Counted from the first letter of the stretch, positions 56,251 to 64,000 are shown. The stretch is DNA of 64,000 bases from Desulfobulbaceae bacterium UBA5121 (GCA_002414225.1 DHYV01000042.1:20878-84877); one strand, 5' to 3'. The notes: generated by a model from the sequence alone, not told the origin. Translations and numbers: made by a program.

Positions 56251-57183
56251 TCAATGCGATGAAAGTTTTTCCCCAAAACCTTCAAGCTTATTACTTTTAA
56301 TATTGCCAAGAACATAAGACAATAATCGATTCCCATAAGGATCAACAGATGGACATGTTCGCTCAGGGCTTTTGACTATTTTGTAATGTGCAAGCAACTC
56401 GCCATTTTGCCGGTCAACAACAGAGTATTCTTTAACTTGTATGCCTATTTTTTTGTCATCATCATTTGTTATATCAATACAATTAAGCTCATAATGTGCT
56501 TCCGGCTTATCAACCTCTGTTCTGATTATAGGGTATCTACCGGCCCCTTTTTTAGGGGGAATAAGATCTCTTACATTCCTTGAATAGACTGGGATGTGAT
56601 TTTTATCAAAATGACGCGTTTCAACAAAATCTAGATTTTCTTTCCACAACCACCATGCTTCATCCATTTTGCAGTTAGATAAATATAAACTTTTTGCATC
56701 ATTTACCCTTTTGTAAATCGTAACAAGATTATCTTTGCACAAGTCGTTCAATCTACTTTCCATTTGGTTACTTTTCTGCCTTTCTATTTTTGATTTAGCC
56801 AACCGAGATGGAGTATCAATAACGTAAGAAACAGAAAATAACGCAAACAGTATTGAAACGTTCACCAATGGTGACAGTGAAATTATTTTTGCAAATCTAT
56901 ATTTTTCGAATCCATACAAAATCCAAGAACAAACTATAGACAAAATGCAAATTGGAGAAAAAGTAAATAAACATAAAAATACTATCCATGTTGCTACTTG
57001 TTGTTCTGATCCAGGGGCATCAAAAGCCATCACTGACATTAGCAACGGTATAAAGAGTGCGATTCCAAGCAAACCAAACACTACAGATGAAATTAGCAAA
57101 GTAGTTTTGGTTTTCAGCCTGCTAGTATCATCCATACTATTTTGATTGATTGTATGCATAACGGCTTTAATAAGCGGACCCAT
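56251..57183 (-). CDS. Hypothetical membrane protein (3-4 N-terminal TM segments + roughly 170-aa soluble C-terminal domain)
   Basis: Hydrophobic segments LLISSVVFGLLGIALFIPLLMSV, WIVFLCLFTFSPICILSIVCSWIL and LVNVSILFALFSVSYVI. No family recognised. Confidence 0.55.
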   Translation of the reverse strand: MGPLIKAVMHTINQNSMDDTSRLKTKTTLLISSVVFGLLGIALFIPLLMSVMAFDAPGSEQQVATWIVFLCLFTFSPICILSIVCSWILYGFEKYRFAKIISLSPLVNVSILFALFSVSYVIDTPSRLAKSKIERQKSNQMESRLNDLCKDNLVTIYKRVNDAKSLYLSNCKMDEAWWLWKENLDFVETRHFDKNHIPVYSRNVRDLIPPKKGAGRYPIIRTEVDKPEAHYELNCIDITNDDDKKIGIQVKEYSVVDRQNGELLAHYKIVKSPERTCPSVDPYGNRLLSYVLGNIKSNKLEGFGEKLSSH

Positions 57184-57390
57184 GAGTAGATTAGCAGCTA
57201 CTTCGAAAGGATCAACGAGGTACAGACTACCCCATGCAACGGACGTTCTTGGGTTCCGCTTAATTTACTGGTTGGCCATCTATTCTTTTTTGCTGGTACT
57301 GTAGCCAAAGTCAATTTATACAGCATATACAAAAAAGCTATCCAGACAATATTCTTGGCTGCATATAGCAGGAACTACAGAAGCCAACAA

Positions 57391-58404
57391 TTAAACCGTA
57401 AGCTTACTAATTGCTTCTCCATATTCAAATACAAAAAGGCGCCATTCAAAACGTTTGTTTTCCTTTTTTTCAGATGTTATTTTGATTCCTTCAAGCAGTG
57501 TACCTGTCATCGGCACTAATATCCCCAATACATCTGTCAAAACAGATGTCACCAGGTTTTTTGCTATTTTCTCAGGGGACAATGCCGCTTTCTCTATTGA
57601 TATCCTCAAGTCTTCCACAATCTCTTTCTCAATAATTTTTTTGACATTGGCTTCTGGAATACTTGACAATTCGTCAATCTTAGAACGAAATTTATCTAAA
57701 CTCCAATGGCAGCGAAGTTTTTCCATAGCAGAGAACAAATAGGTAAGGTCAATAACACCATCAGGTTTACGAAATGCATCTAACGTGAGAATAGGTAAGC
57801 TATGAGCTTCAAGCACACTATCTACTGTTTTTAAATGTTCATTCGCGGATGGTTCAACAGTGCCATTAGCAACAAACTTCAGGACATCAATTTCATTCGG
57901 CTTACAAACCAGCCTAGCCTCAAGGTTTTGCGATAAACATACAGCCGTATCCATCGAAGCCAAGACAGGGATGAAGTCTGGGTGGTCTGCAGCGAATGGT
58001 CCGGCAATTTTATACAGTGAAGAGATTAATTGATCTGAATTCTCTTGTGGGTAGACTTTTCTTAATAAATTCTCACCTCGCTCATAATTGTCACCGGAAG
58101 ATTTAAGTATTTCTTCTGGAGCCATAAATCTCACTCCTAGACATGACCTGAGGTCGCCCAATAGCATATCCGATAATCCTTGTTCCTGGTTAGCCGGGAC
58201 ATATATGTCGTCAAAGAGAAGTGAGTATGGCAATAGATCGTTAATCATAGTAAGAATAGCTCGGTCTGCGTCTTCTTGGAGTACTTTATGAAAAGCCTCA
58301 AGAATCTCCGCAGAACCTCCGATTTGTCCACCTCTTGCAAACCAGCCAGAAATGCCTCCCCAATAATGGCTTCCAATTATTGCCTTTTCTTTATATTGGT
58401 TCAT
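57391..58404 (-). CDS. Hypothetical 337-aa protein
   Basis: ORF with GAGGGGG upstream of ATG 58404. First gene of the low-GC cargo. No family recognised. Confidence 0.55.
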   Translation of the reverse strand: MNQYKEKAIIGSHYWGGISGWFARGGQIGGSAEILEAFHKVLQEDADRAILTMINDLLPYSLLFDDIYVPANQEQGLSDMLLGDLRSCLGVRFMAPEEILKSSGDNYERGENLLRKVYPQENSDQLISSLYKIAGPFAADHPDFIPVLASMDTAVCLSQNLEARLVCKPNEIDVLKFVANGTVEPSANEHLKTVDSVLEAHSLPILTLDAFRKPDGVIDLTYLFSAMEKLRCHWSLDKFRSKIDELSSIPEANVKKIIEKEIVEDLRISIEKAALSPEKIAKNLVTSVLTDVLGILVPMTGTLLEGIKITSEKKENKRFEWRLFVFEYGEAISKLTV

Positions 58405-58573
58405 TGGATTTTAACCCCCTCATGGAAAATAGACAGTGTGTCACTGGCCAACTATATTATTATGCAGCGCTCGTTTTTCGTATGGTCCCTAACCAGCAAA
58501 GTGCCTTTGGTGCTCGAAAATCATCTAATTTGCCACATTATCGAGCATGCACAGCGCGATAATATAGCTAGGT

Positions 58574-58603
58574 TTATTGTTATCGAGCGCTCGATAACAA
58601 TAA
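58574..58603. repeat. Perfect 30-bp palindrome (candidate operator or replication origin element)
   Basis: TTATTGTTATCGAGC|GCTCGATAACAATAA. A related ATTATCG-N13-CGATAAT lies just upstream (roughly 58537-58563). Confidence 0.8.
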
Positions 58604-59153
58604 GGGGGGCTTATCCGTTACCCTTGCCAACTGCTACCCAGCTTTTTTTCATATTTTCCTGCGGTAGATATTTCGCTTACTGAGCGGAGCGAAGGTAGGC
58701 CGAAGGCCGTAAGAAATACGGCGGCCAACAACTTCCATTTCACGAACTATGACCGTGGAGGCCACTTGCAACCCTCCTCCCTTTTCCTCTTCCCGGAAAA
58801 GCGCATCTCGTAAAGCGCTGTAGGGATCGCCCCGGCCTATTGTGCGCTTAGCACGTCAAACCTTGTTGCGCCGGCTTGCTCTTTATGCCACTTTTTTTGA
58901 TTATCTTTTCTCCATCTATGTGTCAATAAAATTAAACCCCTACGGATTGGCAGGATGCGTCGGCCATGCAGCCCCTTTCGCGCAAAAAGGACTGAAGTCA
59001 GGAACGGGCCGGATACTCGAAAAGATACTTTTACAGCTCCGGGCCAATTCTCGCTCTTGCGCTGTGCCACCGGCGCAGGGGCGGGGATTGGTCCGGAGCT
59101 GACGTGATGCATTCCTTATTACGAGGCCACCGCCACCATTAAACAGAAATCCA

Positions 59154-59182
59154 TTGACGCAATAGTGCTCCCTGGGATATAA
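59154..59182 (+). promoter_or_regulatory. Candidate sigma70 promoter of the island backbone operon (RHH-rep-int)
   Basis: TTGACG (59154-59159), 17-nt spacer, ATATAA (59177-59182), 33 bp before the RHH gene start codon. Confidence 0.4.
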
Positions 59183-59214
59183 GTTTTTAAACACTTAATC
59201 TTGGAGACCCTGCC

Positions 59215-59709
59215 ATGCCACTTCCCCCAGACAAAGCCATCCTTTCAGTGGCCATTGACGCCAAGGTCAAGGCCATGCTTGAGGACTACGCCGAGATGTT
59301 CGACCGGCCGCTGTCACAGCTTGCCCGAAACATGATCTACATCGCCCTGGACCAGTTCAAGCTGTTGAACAATGTCGGCGTTATCCCTGCCCTCAACATC
59401 TTCAAGGACCAAATCGAAAGGTTTGTCACTAACAAGAAGGTGAAGGACTACCTGCTGGTCATCAAGGACGAAAAGCCGGTGACCATCAGCGTGGTTATTG
59501 ACGCCGAGGTCAAGGCGACCATTGAGGAGTACGCCGACTACCTGGGGCTTCCCCTCAACATCTTCGGCAGAAACTTGATTTACGTGGGGCTCGATCAATT
59601 CAGGATCTTGAATGCGCTCGGCTTTGGCAAACTTGAAAAGCTGGCAAAGGCATTCAAGGGCTTCATCGAATCATATCAGAAGGTTAGCAGTACAGAGCAA
59701 AAGCAGTAG
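59215..59709 (+). CDS. Tandem ribbon-helix-helix (CopG-like) DNA-binding protein
   Basis: Internal duplication: ILSVAIDAKVKAMLEDYAEMFDRPLSQLARNMIYIALDQFKLLNNVG versus TISVVIDAEVKATIEEYADYLGLPLNIFGRNLIYVGLDQFRILNALG. Confidence 0.6.
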   Translation: MPLPPDKAILSVAIDAKVKAMLEDYAEMFDRPLSQLARNMIYIALDQFKLLNNVGVIPALNIFKDQIERFVTNKKVKDYLLVIKDEKPVTISVVIDAEVKATIEEYADYLGLPLNIFGRNLIYVGLDQFRILNALGFGKLEKLAKAFKGFIESYQKVSSTEQKQ

Positions 59710-59806
59710 TTCCCTATAAACAAGTCGGGCTCAACAAGCTGATTCCTCCCGCGAAGAAGATGTCAGCCAGTGAGCCCCCGCAGACACCACACAAGGAGGC
59801 ATCTAC

Positions 59807-61108
59807 ATGCCCACACCTTACAGTGGGGGTGCGTCTTCTGTCAATCATCCCGACAGCGCCACCCCCGACCATCAGCATACCATCGTCCCCTCTTCTCATT
59901 CCTCTGAACCGGCAGGTTCCGAGATTGGCCCCGTTGTCCCTGGCGCTCCGGGTTTTGAAGCCCCACAAACCCGTATATCATGTGGGGCTATACTCGCCAC
60001 CTCCGTCGATACCTTGAAACTCAGCCTGTATTTGGAATGGTCTTCCCTTGAGGTTTTCCAAAAGTTGCAGGTCGCAAAGGAACTGGCCCAAGAGCAAAAT
60101 GTCGACTGCATGCCTATCGAGCTGTTCGGCCATTCCTGGAACGTTTCCCGTGCCGGTGTCCATGCCTATTCGTACCGGCTCGTCAGCGGTGACGTGCGGC
60201 TTATGCTCAGCCAACGGCAGGCAAACAGCGATTACCCCAACGCCATCTTGGAAATCGGCTCCATGTCCTGTTGGGCTCCTGGGTACATGGAAATCTACCA
60301 AGGAGTTATCCGGATGCTCGAAAGATGGGGCGGCATCTTGGCCAAGGAGCGTGTCTCAGAGGTCCACCTTTGCGCGGACGTGGTCGGACAATCGCTGAAA
60401 GACCTCCCCTGTACGGATGAAGATTATTGGATTACTCGCGCCCACCGATTCGCCGTGTTTCACAACCGGCGCAAGCTAACAGGCATCACCATCGGCAAGG
60501 GTGACATTATGCTTCGGGTGTATGACAAGGTTGCCGAGCTGGCCGCCAAGTCCACCCACAAGCAGGGATTCTTTGCCAACGCCTGGGGCCTGGAAACCTT
60601 CGATCAGACTGACGTAACCCGGTTTGAATTTCAGCTCCGGCGGAAGGTCATCACTCAGTTTCAACCGGGCATCAATACGGTCCAGGACCTCACCGACCAC
60701 TTGCAGGCATTGTGGGATTACTGCGTAGGGGATTGGGCCAGGCTTACAGCCACAAAGGTTGACCGGGACCAAAGACACCAAGACCGGGCCGTTCTTCATT
60801 CCGTGTGGGATCAGCTTCGCGCGGCCATCTGGACCGGCAAGAAGATCTGCGAGCGCATACAAAGGCAGCTACAGGGAGACTTTGACCGGCTGTGCAAACA
60901 GGCCGCTGGCCTCTCTATGTCCATTGCCTCGTTCTGCGGCCTGCTGCCTGACGACGTTGACGGCATCGTTCAACACTCCCAAATGTATGTTGAACGGGAA
61001 ATACGGCGAATATGGCGGGTCAAAGCCGAGTTCGTCAACCGGATGAGACGAAAAACGTGCCGGCTCGTTGACCCCCTGGTCAATGTTGCCGAAGTCACCC
61101 CCTTTTAG
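59807..61108 (+). CDS. Replication initiation factor-like protein (Rep_trans / phage gpII-like)
   Basis: VSEVHLCADV...GKGDIMLRVYDKVAEL...VTRFEFQLRR resembles rolling-circle-type replication initiator motifs as I recall them. AAGGAGG RBS. Confidence 0.5.
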   Translation: MPTPYSGGASSVNHPDSATPDHQHTIVPSSHSSEPAGSEIGPVVPGAPGFEAPQTRISCGAILATSVDTLKLSLYLEWSSLEVFQKLQVAKELAQEQNVDCMPIELFGHSWNVSRAGVHAYSYRLVSGDVRLMLSQRQANSDYPNAILEIGSMSCWAPGYMEIYQGVIRMLERWGGILAKERVSEVHLCADVVGQSLKDLPCTDEDYWITRAHRFAVFHNRRKLTGITIGKGDIMLRVYDKVAELAAKSTHKQGFFANAWGLETFDQTDVTRFEFQLRRKVITQFQPGINTVQDLTDHLQALWDYCVGDWARLTATKVDRDQRHQDRAVLHSVWDQLRAAIWTGKKICERIQRQLQGDFDRLCKQAAGLSMSIASFCGLLPDDVDGIVQHSQMYVEREIRRIWRVKAEFVNRMRRKTCRLVDPLVNVAEVTPF

Positions 61109-61119
61109 AGGTGTCGACC

Positions 61120-61359
61120 ATGATGCGTTATGCCACCTGCTGGGCTGATATTTGGCACGCAGACGATCCGGATTACAAACCATTGCCGGTGAAGTGTGAG
61201 GATTGCGGTCAGATTACCGATGATTGGGCCGTTTTTGACGACAAGAAGGGCCTTGGGGTCTGCACTTCGTGCCTCGCAATCCGGTATGACCGTGTCCGTG
61301 ATCAGCATCCTACGGACAGCGCCTTGTCCATCCTGCTCAAAAAGACGCGGCCCCTGTGA
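61120..61359 (+). CDS. Small zinc-ribbon protein (CxxC...CxxC), function unknown
   Basis: VKCEDCG...VCTSCL. Lies between rep and int, so it could be an excision or accessory factor (speculative). Confidence 0.45.
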   Translation: MMRYATCWADIWHADDPDYKPLPVKCEDCGQITDDWAVFDDKKGLGVCTSCLAIRYDRVRDQHPTDSALSILLKKTRPL

Positions 61360-61418
61360 TGTTGACTTCCGCCTGCTCACAGAATACGCTTTCCCCACAT
61401 TCAGAAAGGGGGTTGTGT

Positions 61419-62585
61419 ATGCGCGGGCGTATTTATTCGGACCAGAAGTGCCCCATCTGTGGCGGCGTATTTATCCAGGACGACAGGCGGCGGGGCCTCT
61501 TCTGCCCCGACCATCCCGCCCAGGAGGCAACAACACGCTTTCGGGTTCGTTTTGGCCGCAAGACTGCCCGACGTTTCGAGTCCTACCGGGAGGCCGAACG
61601 CTTCCTTGATGGGCTACGGTATGAGGTGGACAAAGGGGTTTACGATCCCCGCGACTATCAGCAGGGGAACCCGCTTGGTTTCGCCGTCCTGGCCGACAAG
61701 TGGCTGGCTGTGAAGGAAAAGGAACTCAAGCCCCGCTCCTTCGCCAACCTCCGGAACTACGTCAGCAAGGCAAAAGCCACGTGGGGCGGCACGAACATTA
61801 AGGTGATTGGCTACGGCGAGATTGAAGATTTCCTCTACGCCCAGGAAGTTTCCGACAAGACCCGGGCCAACATGAAATCTTGCCTGCACACCTTTTGGAC
61901 CTGGCTACGGAAACGCAAGGTCATTACCCAAGCCCAGATGCCGGAGTTCCCGGAAGTCCACTTTGAACTTGGGTGGCGCCAGACCATCGACAAGGACACC
62001 CAACAGGCCATCATCGACGAAGTTTACCGGATCTCCCATCAGGTCAATCCCAAGATCTGGCTTGCCATCAAGTGGCTTTCCACTTACATCTCTATCCGCC
62101 CGGCCGAGCTGGTCAACATCACCGAAAAGGATATTGATCTTCAATCCGGCTTCCTCTTCATCCCCCACCCTAAAGAGAAACGGCCCAAGGTCGTTCCCCT
62201 CCTTGACGAGGATAGGGAACACCTTTCCACGTTGCCGCAAGGGCTGCCCAACCTGTTTTTCTTCCGTCACCCTGCCGGGATCAGTGGCGTTAAAGCCGGC
62301 GACCCCTTTGGGCCGCGCTACCTCTATAAGTGGTGGAAGAAGGCTTGCAACAACCTGGGCGTTGAAGGCGTGGACCTTTACGGCGGCACCCGGCACAGTA
62401 CCGCCTTGGCCCTCCGTCAGGTAGCCACCCCGGAGCAGATTCGGCGCGCCACCATGCACAGCACCAACAAGGCTTTTGAACGGTATTTTCGGGTGGAGAC
62501 GGACGAGGTTAAAGACGTGTACCAGCTGGCCCGCAGTGGACAACGCGTGGACAACCAAAAAAGGAAGAGGGAAACCGGCAAGTAA
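61419..62585 (+). CDS. int: Tyrosine recombinase / phage-type integrase
   Basis: SAM-like N-domain and catalytic C-terminus (...LYGGTRHSTALAL...MHSTNKAFERYFRV). N-terminal CPICG zinc finger. AAGGGGG RBS before ATG 61419. Ends about 18 bp from the att core. Confidence 0.85.
   Translation: MRGRIYSDQKCPICGGVFIQDDRRRGLFCPDHPAQEATTRFRVRFGRKTARRFESYREAERFLDGLRYEVDKGVYDPRDYQQGNPLGFAVLADKWLAVKEKELKPRSFANLRNYVSKAKATWGGTNIKVIGYGEIEDFLYAQEVSDKTRANMKSCLHTFWTWLRKRKVITQAQMPEFPEVHFELGWRQTIDKDTQQAIIDEVYRISHQVNPKIWLAIKWLSTYISIRPAELVNITEKDIDLQSGFLFIPHPKEKRPKVVPLLDEDREHLSTLPQGLPNLFFFRHPAGISGVKAGDPFGPRYLYKWWKKACNNLGVEGVDLYGGTRHSTALALRQVATPEQIRRATMHSTNKAFERYFRVETDEVKDVYQLARSGQRVDNQKRKRETGK
62538..62555. repeat. 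Island-internal subterminal repeat (candidate integrase arm-type site)
   Basis: GGACAACGCGTGGACAAC (itself a tandem GTGGACAAC x2), 48 bp inside the att core, within the int 3' end. Confidence 0.5.
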
Positions 62586-62603
62586 CCGATTTCCCTCATA
62601 AAA

Positions 62604-62633
62604 GGTGGTGGAGGCGGCGGGAGTCGAACCCGC
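62604..62633. repeat. att repeat, proximal copy (part of the functional tmRNA 3' end)
   Basis: Identical to 50281-50310. Confidence 0.9.
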
Positions 62634-62959
62634 GTCCGAAAATACTCCACTTCAAACGTCTACATGCTTATTCCCGAGTAGCTGCTTATCGCGCCCGGCA
62701 ACGCTCCGGGACAGAGTCTGCCGTGCGCTATCCCACCTTCAATTTCGCCTTAGGGCCGGCGGGCGGCTCCCTTTGGCTATCCCGCTAGTCGACGCCCATC
62801 CTGGTCCCGCAGGAACGGACCAGGGGGACGCTGGCTATGCAGCCAGAGCGTAAGAGTAGTCGTCTGCGACTATCTTTATGTTCCACCGTTTAACGAGCAG
62901 GTAGAAACCTCGGCATGCAGTCTGAGCTTCCGTATCCCCGTCGAATCCGTTTCGCCCCC
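62605..62959 (-). ncRNA. ssrA: tmRNA (transfer-messenger RNA)
   Basis: The 5' GGGGGCGAAACGGATTCGACGGGG pairs with the 3' ...GCGGGTTCGACTCCCGCCGCCTCCACCA, forming an acceptor stem with the G3:U pair. The tag reading frame is GCA GAC GAC TAC TCT TAC GCT CTG GCT GCA TAG, encoding ADDYSYALAA (62835-62867). It lies directly downstream of smpB. Confidence 0.92.
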
Positions 62960-62968
62960 CTTATTTTT

Positions 62969-63436
62969 TTATTGATGCTTGCTGATCGCCCGTTCCATTT
63001 CGCGATCAGATTCCTTCTTCTTGAGCGTGGCCCGCTTGTCATAGAGCTTCTTGCCGCGAGCGAGCCCCAAGGCCAGCTTGGCCTTGCCTGTCTTGGTAAA
63101 ATAAATCTTCAGCGGCACCAGGGCAATGCCTTTCTCCTTGACCTTGCCGATCATCTTGCGGATTTCAGCCTTGGAGAGCAACAGCTTCCGGACCCGCAAC
63201 GGCGCCGGGGCATCGTGAGTGGCGAAGGCATAGGGCGAGATGTGGACATTGAACAGGAAAATCTCGCCGTCCTTGATCTGGGCATAGCCCTCCTTGAGGT
63301 TGACTCGGCCGGCCCGAAGCGACTTGACCTCCGACCCCCTGAGCACCATGCCCGCCTCGATCACCTCGTCAATGAAGTAATCGTGGTAGGCCTTCTTGTT
63401 GGTGGCCACTATTTTATCAGACAACGCCTTTGCCAT
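62969..63436 (-). CDS. smpB: SsrA-binding protein SmpB
   Basis: [13 protein letters not shown]...GSEVKSLR...ISPY...RKLLL...KIYF. ATG 63436 chosen. Confidence 0.9.
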   Translation of the reverse strand: MAKALSDKIVATNKKAYHDYFIDEVIEAGMVLRGSEVKSLRAGRVNLKEGYAQIKDGEIFLFNVHISPYAFATHDAPAPLRVRKLLLSKAEIRKMIGKVKEKGIALVPLKIYFTKTGKAKLALGLARGKKLYDKRATLKKKESDREMERAISKHQ

Positions 63437-63590
63437 TTCTGTTCCGTGCATCCTTCGCGCCGTCTGGCGCCGCCCAGGCACTACCTGACCAACAGAAGAA
63501 AAAAAGGCCCTTGCCCTAATGAAACCGGACAAGGGACCGACTCACCGCGCATATTACCATACTCTTCAAAAAAATACGACCCCTCCCGTC

Positions 63591-64000
63591 TCAGCCGGCG
63601 CCGATTACCCGCAGTGCCTCCTCGTGGGTGGTCATGCCGGCCTTGACCTTGCGCCAGGCATCCTCACGCAGGGTGGACATCCCTTCAACCACCGCGGCCT
63701 GGCGCAGCTCAACCTCGGTGCAGCCGCCGGCAACCATCTGCCGCAGCCGATCTGACATGGCGAACACCTCGAAGACGGCACAGCGCCCCAGGTAACCGGT
63801 ACCCCGGCACTGGCGGCAGCCCTTGCCGCGCCGGAGCCTGACCTCGCCCGTCTCCTCCACCGGCAGGCCATAGCCGCGGAGTGCCTCGCCGGCAATGGCA
63901 AACTCTTCGCTGCAGTGCGGACAGATGGTGCGCACCAGCCGCTGCGCCACTACCCCCAGCAGGGCCGAGGCGATGAGAAACGGCGGCAGCCCCAGATCGA
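63591..64000 (-). CDS. GspE/PilB-family secretion ATPase, C-terminal part (gene continues beyond the window)
   Basis: ...PFLIASALLGVVAQRLVRTICPHC...CRQCRGTGYLGRCAVFEV (tetracysteine motif). Confidence 0.8.
   Translation of the reverse strand, partial: DLGLPPFLIASALLGVVAQRLVRTICPHCSEEFAIAGEALRGYGLPVEETGEVRLRRGKGCRQCRGTGYLGRCAVFEVFAMSDRLRQMVAGGCTEVELRQAAVVEGMSTLREDAWRKVKAGMTTHEEALRVIGAG

Larger units (their letters stand above)
50281..62633. mobile_element. Integrative genomic island inserted in the 3' end of ssrA (tmRNA)
   Basis: Perfect 30-bp direct repeats at both ends, an integrase next to the intact tmRNA, Rep-like and RHH genes, a TA pair, and lower GC than the flanks. Confidence 0.85.

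Noticed and set aside
58276-59194. ORFs of 75-135 aa on both strands in the island spacer (58276-58683 +, 58837-59112 -, 58842-59102 +, 58940-59194 -).
   Set aside because: They mutually overlap, have no RBS, and give basic, low-complexity translations. The region is better explained as regulatory or origin DNA.
62586-62604. Looked for a terminator downstream of the present tmRNA 3' end.
   Set aside because: No stem-loop or T-run is present. The only good terminator is the displaced one at 50222-50266, which is used as evidence for the integration event rather than as a separate feature here.

Overview
This is a 64-kb window from a high-GC genome. Gene content (hcp cluster, split F0 atpZ-I-B-E operon, sirC/ccsA-like/hemA, many thioredoxins) suggests an anaerobic Desulfobacterota/deltaproteobacterium-type organism, which is inference only. 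Most of the window is ordinary core genome: rlpA, a GGDEF protein, dinB, tatC, a PpiD-like chaperone, plsY, guaD, hcp plus partners, trxC/trxB/trxA, bamD, hemL, atpZ-I-B-E, rimO, an IHF-like protein, a PilZ protein, sirC/ccsA-like/hemA, the rpmH-rnpA-yidD-yidC-jag-mnmE cluster, smpB-ssrA, and the 3' end of a GspE/PilB ATPase.

Three regions stand out:
1. A 12.35-kb AT-richer island (50281-62633) is integrated into the 3' end of the tmRNA gene and bounded by a perfect 30-bp direct repeat. Its backbone carries an integrase, a Rep-like protein, a tandem-RHH regulator and a HigB/HigA-type TA pair. Its very low-GC cargo of five uncharacterised genes (51910-58404) includes a 1127-aa multidomain protein with a caspase/gingipain-like His-Cys dyad, translationally coupled to a 117-aa protein. 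This cargo is my best candidate for an undescribed system.
2. A small foreign islet (16803-18650) holds a decayed ISL3 transposase and a low-GC flavodoxin-ferredoxin gene.
3. An RTX/DUF4214 gene (9096-11249) is built from three near-identical 489-bp tandem repeats.

No CRISPR array, rRNA or tRNA gene was seen. Many long ORFs in the track are off-frame or antisense artefacts of high-GC DNA. All family assignments come from motif recognition by eye; no searches were run.
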